This document shows positions 60,756-64,000 of a stretch of 64,000 bases of DNA, one piece after another. The notes below the pieces were generated by a model, which searched no databases, was not told the DNA's origin, and saw only the letters and a list, made by a program, of their open reading frames with translations. This stretch comes from Adineta vaga. Its lineage: Eukaryota; Animalia; Rotifera. The stretch covers positions 5,456,001-5,520,000 of the forward strand of contig CP075494.1 of the NCBI GenBank assembly GCA_021613535.1, read 5' to 3'. Numbering within the stretch: the stretch's first letter is position 1; the number at the start of each line of letters is the position of its first letter. A program made the translations under genes and the position numbers.

Positions 60756-61536
60756 ATAAAACTTAATCTCTATTCAATAAGATATATGATGTTGATGTAG
60801 GAGGTGTTCAAAACAAAAATGAATTTTGTTCGAATTTATATAGAATCAATAATTAAAAGATGAAAAATGAATGGAGTTAATGGCATGTAAATATTTAATA
60901 TATCAGTTGAAGATATTAGAATAATAGAATTCCTGATATTTATTCTCGTTATTGAATCATTGATTTGAAACTAAAAGCTTTTTATTTCTGATTTACCTTT
61001 CTACTTTTTTACAGACTAAATTAAGTTTATTTAAAACAATACATTTGTTAAATATTATAACATTCCGTACCTGTACTTTCCTCTATAAGTCTTTGTCTTT
61101 CATAAATAGAAGTAATTACGAGAAAATGACCTGTATTAATATGATAAGTATGAACTCTTTGATGTCGGAAAGCGTCTATCCGCGTGTTGACGTTTTGCAC
61201 ATATTATTGTTATTATGATACTGATTCAAAGTTCAGAAAAAAAGATACGTCTCTACTTTTCTTACCATGACGTCGCAACAACAGTTTTATCAAGCTAAGA
61301 TGAAAAGTGAAAAGTCGCTTTGAGGAAGTCTAAATGATACTACTGAGAATGATGTATGAAAAGCTTCAACATAGGGTTAAAAACAGACAAGATACGATAC
61401 TATAGTATTTATAACGTTAGGAAAAAATCAGTTCTATACAAATTTTTTATTTTGATTTACACTTAATAAAAATAATTCTAATAAAATACATGGAACAAAT
61501 CAATGAAAATACCAAATATTATTTTGTAATTAATCA

Positions 61537-64000
61537 TCAATTTTCATTATTACGTTGTAACATATCACGACCCCATTCAATAATAGTTTGAACATCAGGT
61601 GTAACTTGAATTGTAGTATTTCTATCTAATCCATATGATTGCCATTCTTTTAGATTAAGTTTTGTTAGTATACCATCCACTGTACATGGAAAATAGGCTT
61701 CAGTATTAGCTGGAATAAAGATTTTATTATCGGCTAAATATGGAACAAATAAATCGTCAGTATTACAATTACCAATAAGATAAGGTACATAATCTTCATA
61801 AAGTATACAAGTATTATTAACAAACACTTCATTCCATCCACTGTAACCTCGTCTAGGTGCATAATCACCCAGACATACATTACTACCAAAGTCAAGTTTA
61901 CCAGCATCTGCATAGACATAAATTTGATGATGATCTGTTTTTGAATGACCCATATAATTTTTCTTTCCACCATATATCATAAAATTATAACTATCTTCAT
62001 AGAAACAACTACCATCGTCATGATCAAGAGGCCAAAGTGCATTATAATTATTAAAAATCGTATTATGATGAATATAATTCGTATGCTGCCAAAGCGAAGG
62101 TAAACCATGTTGTACAGCATCACTTAAGATTGGTTGTCGATCCCATGAATTAATTGGTCCATGATCACTTGTTTCTCGTACTGTATTAAACAAAACATTC
62201 CAACAAAGTGTATGATTACCATAATAACCATCATTAATATTAATTGCTGCTCGAGGCATATTGAACATTAAATTACCAATAACAGACACACTTCGACTAA
62301 CAGCGATCAATACTGGAGATGATTGTTTAATATAAATACCAGTTTCATGTATAAGATTTGATTGTATTAATGTGTTGGCAGGTTGACTATTTACACTAAA
62401 ACCATCAATTCCATTTGTACTACCAACGAGAATAATGGCTGAATCAGCTAACCAAACAAATTCATTTAAAGTAATCGATGTTCTATCATTATAATCGATT
62501 AATGCTATACCATTACTACCCAATTGTGTAAATAAATTACGTGTTATTCTCACATTCTTTGTATTCGTTAAATATATTGTACCACCTCGATGAACGGACC
62601 AATCACCACCACCTGGTACCATATATTCACTCATATATGTACTACTTGTTTCTGTAAATATTAAACCTTGTATTAAAATATTTTTAATAGCATCTTCTAT
62701 ACTATTACCACCCATGGAAATAAGACATGGAATTTGACTGGCGACGAAAACTTCTGGCATAGTTTCATTTAACATAAAATAGAGAGTACCAGTATCTTTA
62801 TCTAAAAACCATTCATTTGGTGAATCGAGTTCTTCAAATATATTCGATACATAATAAGCACCACCACTATCCATACCACGTGCTTCTTGAAATCCTCCTC
62901 GACCAAACATAATCGTATTTTCAGTGCGATTAATTGATGCAATTTCAAATACCCAACTACCCCAATAACCACCATGTAAAGCATGTACGAAACCAGTAGA
63001 AGGATTAGTCCATTTAGCAAGATGAGGTAATGTTTTATTATCGACAGTAATACCACGTGGTGTACGATAATTATCACCACCTGCTGGTAAAGATGTACTC
63101 CAAAAATTGGTTGGTGGATTAAAAACAGAAGCACCTCCACCAAGACCAAGTTGATAATATGAAAATACTGTTCCATTACGATAAGGTTCTTGAATAACAA
63201 TTTCTACGCTTGCATTCGAAATTCCTGGCCACCATCTATGTACATCAAAAGCAAATCCTGCATCTTTAGCATATAAACCATGAGTAGAAGGATCACCATT
63301 TGGATATTTTGCAATAATTGCTCGTTTACCATCAATATACAATTCATTAAATAGATCAAGGTTCACATTAGATGGTACTTGAGCTTTCATAATTGTACCA
63401 CCAGATGCTGTTTTTCTATGAACGGACCATTGTAAATGTAATGGTGTACCACCACTTAATACAACACGTTCATCTTGATAATTTTCAATCACCAAATTAT
63501 TATCATTTGTAGTTAATGCAATAGCACCTATTTGACTACTAATAGTTGTAGCATTTGTACCAAGATAATAAGTTCCTTCACGTATAATAATACATAACAT
63601 AGAATCATCGCCATATAAAACACGTAATGTACGTGTCATTGATAGAGCAGCTAGAATAGTTTTCATTGGTTTTTTAAATGTACCATCGAATGTATCATGT
63701 CCTAACGAATCATGAACAAATAGTTTTCGACGACAAGTACTTTTTTTTCTTTCAGATATAATTTTAAACGATCGATCAGTACGATAGATTGTATCATTGC
63801 ATTGATTCATTTGAAAAGCACTTTGACTAACTGCTATCCATTTATCTTTCCAAAATGCAGGTGCTATGTAACCAGCCATTTCAATTGTAAATGCACGTAA
63901 TGCACAATCATCAGTTAGATTAACAACAGGATTATTGACAGTACCAAGACGAGAATCAGAAATAAAGAAACTCATTGATTTAAGATCATTTTCTGTACAA
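61537..64000 (-). CDS. Right-handed beta-helix (pectin-lyase fold, GH141-like) protein, 5' end probably outside the window
   Basis: GTFKKPMKTI..A, IIREGTYYL, AKYPN, GGFQEARG, YVSNIFEELDSPNEWF, NMPRAAININDG, RETSDHGPINSWDRQP, LDHDDGS. The frame appears open to the window edge. Confidence 0.8.
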   Translation of the reverse strand, partial: CTENDLKSMSFFISDSRLGTVNNPVVNLTDDCALRAFTIEMAGYIAPAFWKDKWIAVSQSAFQMNQCNDTIYRTDRSFKIISERKKSTCRRKLFVHDSLGHDTFDGTFKKPMKTILAALSMTRTLRVLYGDDSMLCIIIREGTYYLGTNATTISSQIGAIALTTNDNNLVIENYQDERVVLSGGTPLHLQWSVHRKTASGGTIMKAQVPSNVNLDLFNELYIDGKRAIIAKYPNGDPSTHGLYAKDAGFAFDVHRWWPGISNASVEIVIQEPYRNGTVFSYYQLGLGGGASVFNPPTNFWSTSLPAGGDNYRTPRGITVDNKTLPHLAKWTNPSTGFVHALHGGYWGSWVFEIASINRTENTIMFGRGGFQEARGMDSGGAYYVSNIFEELDSPNEWFLDKDTGTLYFMLNETMPEVFVASQIPCLISMGGNSIEDAIKNILIQGLIFTETSSTYMSEYMVPGGGDWSVHRGGTIYLTNTKNVRITRNLFTQLGSNGIALIDYNDRTSITLNEFVWLADSAIILVGSTNGIDGFSVNSQPANTLIQSNLIHETGIYIKQSSPVLIAVSRSVSVIGNLMFNMPRAAININDGYYGNHTLCWNVLFNTVRETSDHGPINSWDRQPILSDAVQHGLPSLWQHTNYIHHNTIFNNYNALWPLDHDDGSCFYEDSYNFMIYGGKKNYMGHSKTDHHQIYVYADAGKLDFGSNVCLGDYAPRRGYSGWNEVFVNNTCILYEDYVPYLIGNCNTDDLFVPYLADNKIFIPANTEAYFPCTVDGILTKLNLKEWQSYGLDRNTTIQVTPDVQTIIEWGRDMLQRNNEN

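Noticed and set aside
1-64000. Bacterial contig, operons, rRNA/tRNA, transposase or reverse transcriptase genes, telomeric repeats
   Set aside because: Spliceosomal introns throughout, and no such motifs were seen. Short antisense ORFs overlapping real genes were treated as spurious.

Overview
AT-rich eukaryotic genomic DNA with many short (mostly ~45-90 nt) GT-AG introns. The gene content (orphan rhodopsin-like GPCRs, FG-GAP, NHL and TPR repeat proteins, ART-TPR/ART-LRR proteins, many bacterial- or fungal-type enzymes) is characteristic of a bdelloid rotifer (inference). About 30 genes and pseudogenes are visible. The window is dense in ADP-ribosylation and defence-type genes: an adjacent ARH eraser / ART-TPR writer / catalytically degenerate ART-LRR triad; a tandem pair of stonustoxin-like MACPF-FN3-ART fusions (one intact, one disrupted, sharing a ~414-bp near-identical tract); a NEURL4-type ART fused to a TMEM272-like membrane domain with one in-frame TAA; and an Argonaute with an intact DEDH tetrad. 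Also present are candidate horizontally acquired genes (pirin, fungal-type RBR E3, PQQ sorbosone dehydrogenase, Tmm-like FMO, ALMT/FUSC, beta-helix enzyme), several decayed genes, and two small intron-split DxNxDG-repeat genes that the ORF track misses or only partly captures. All domain calls come from motif recognition by eye; no database search was run.
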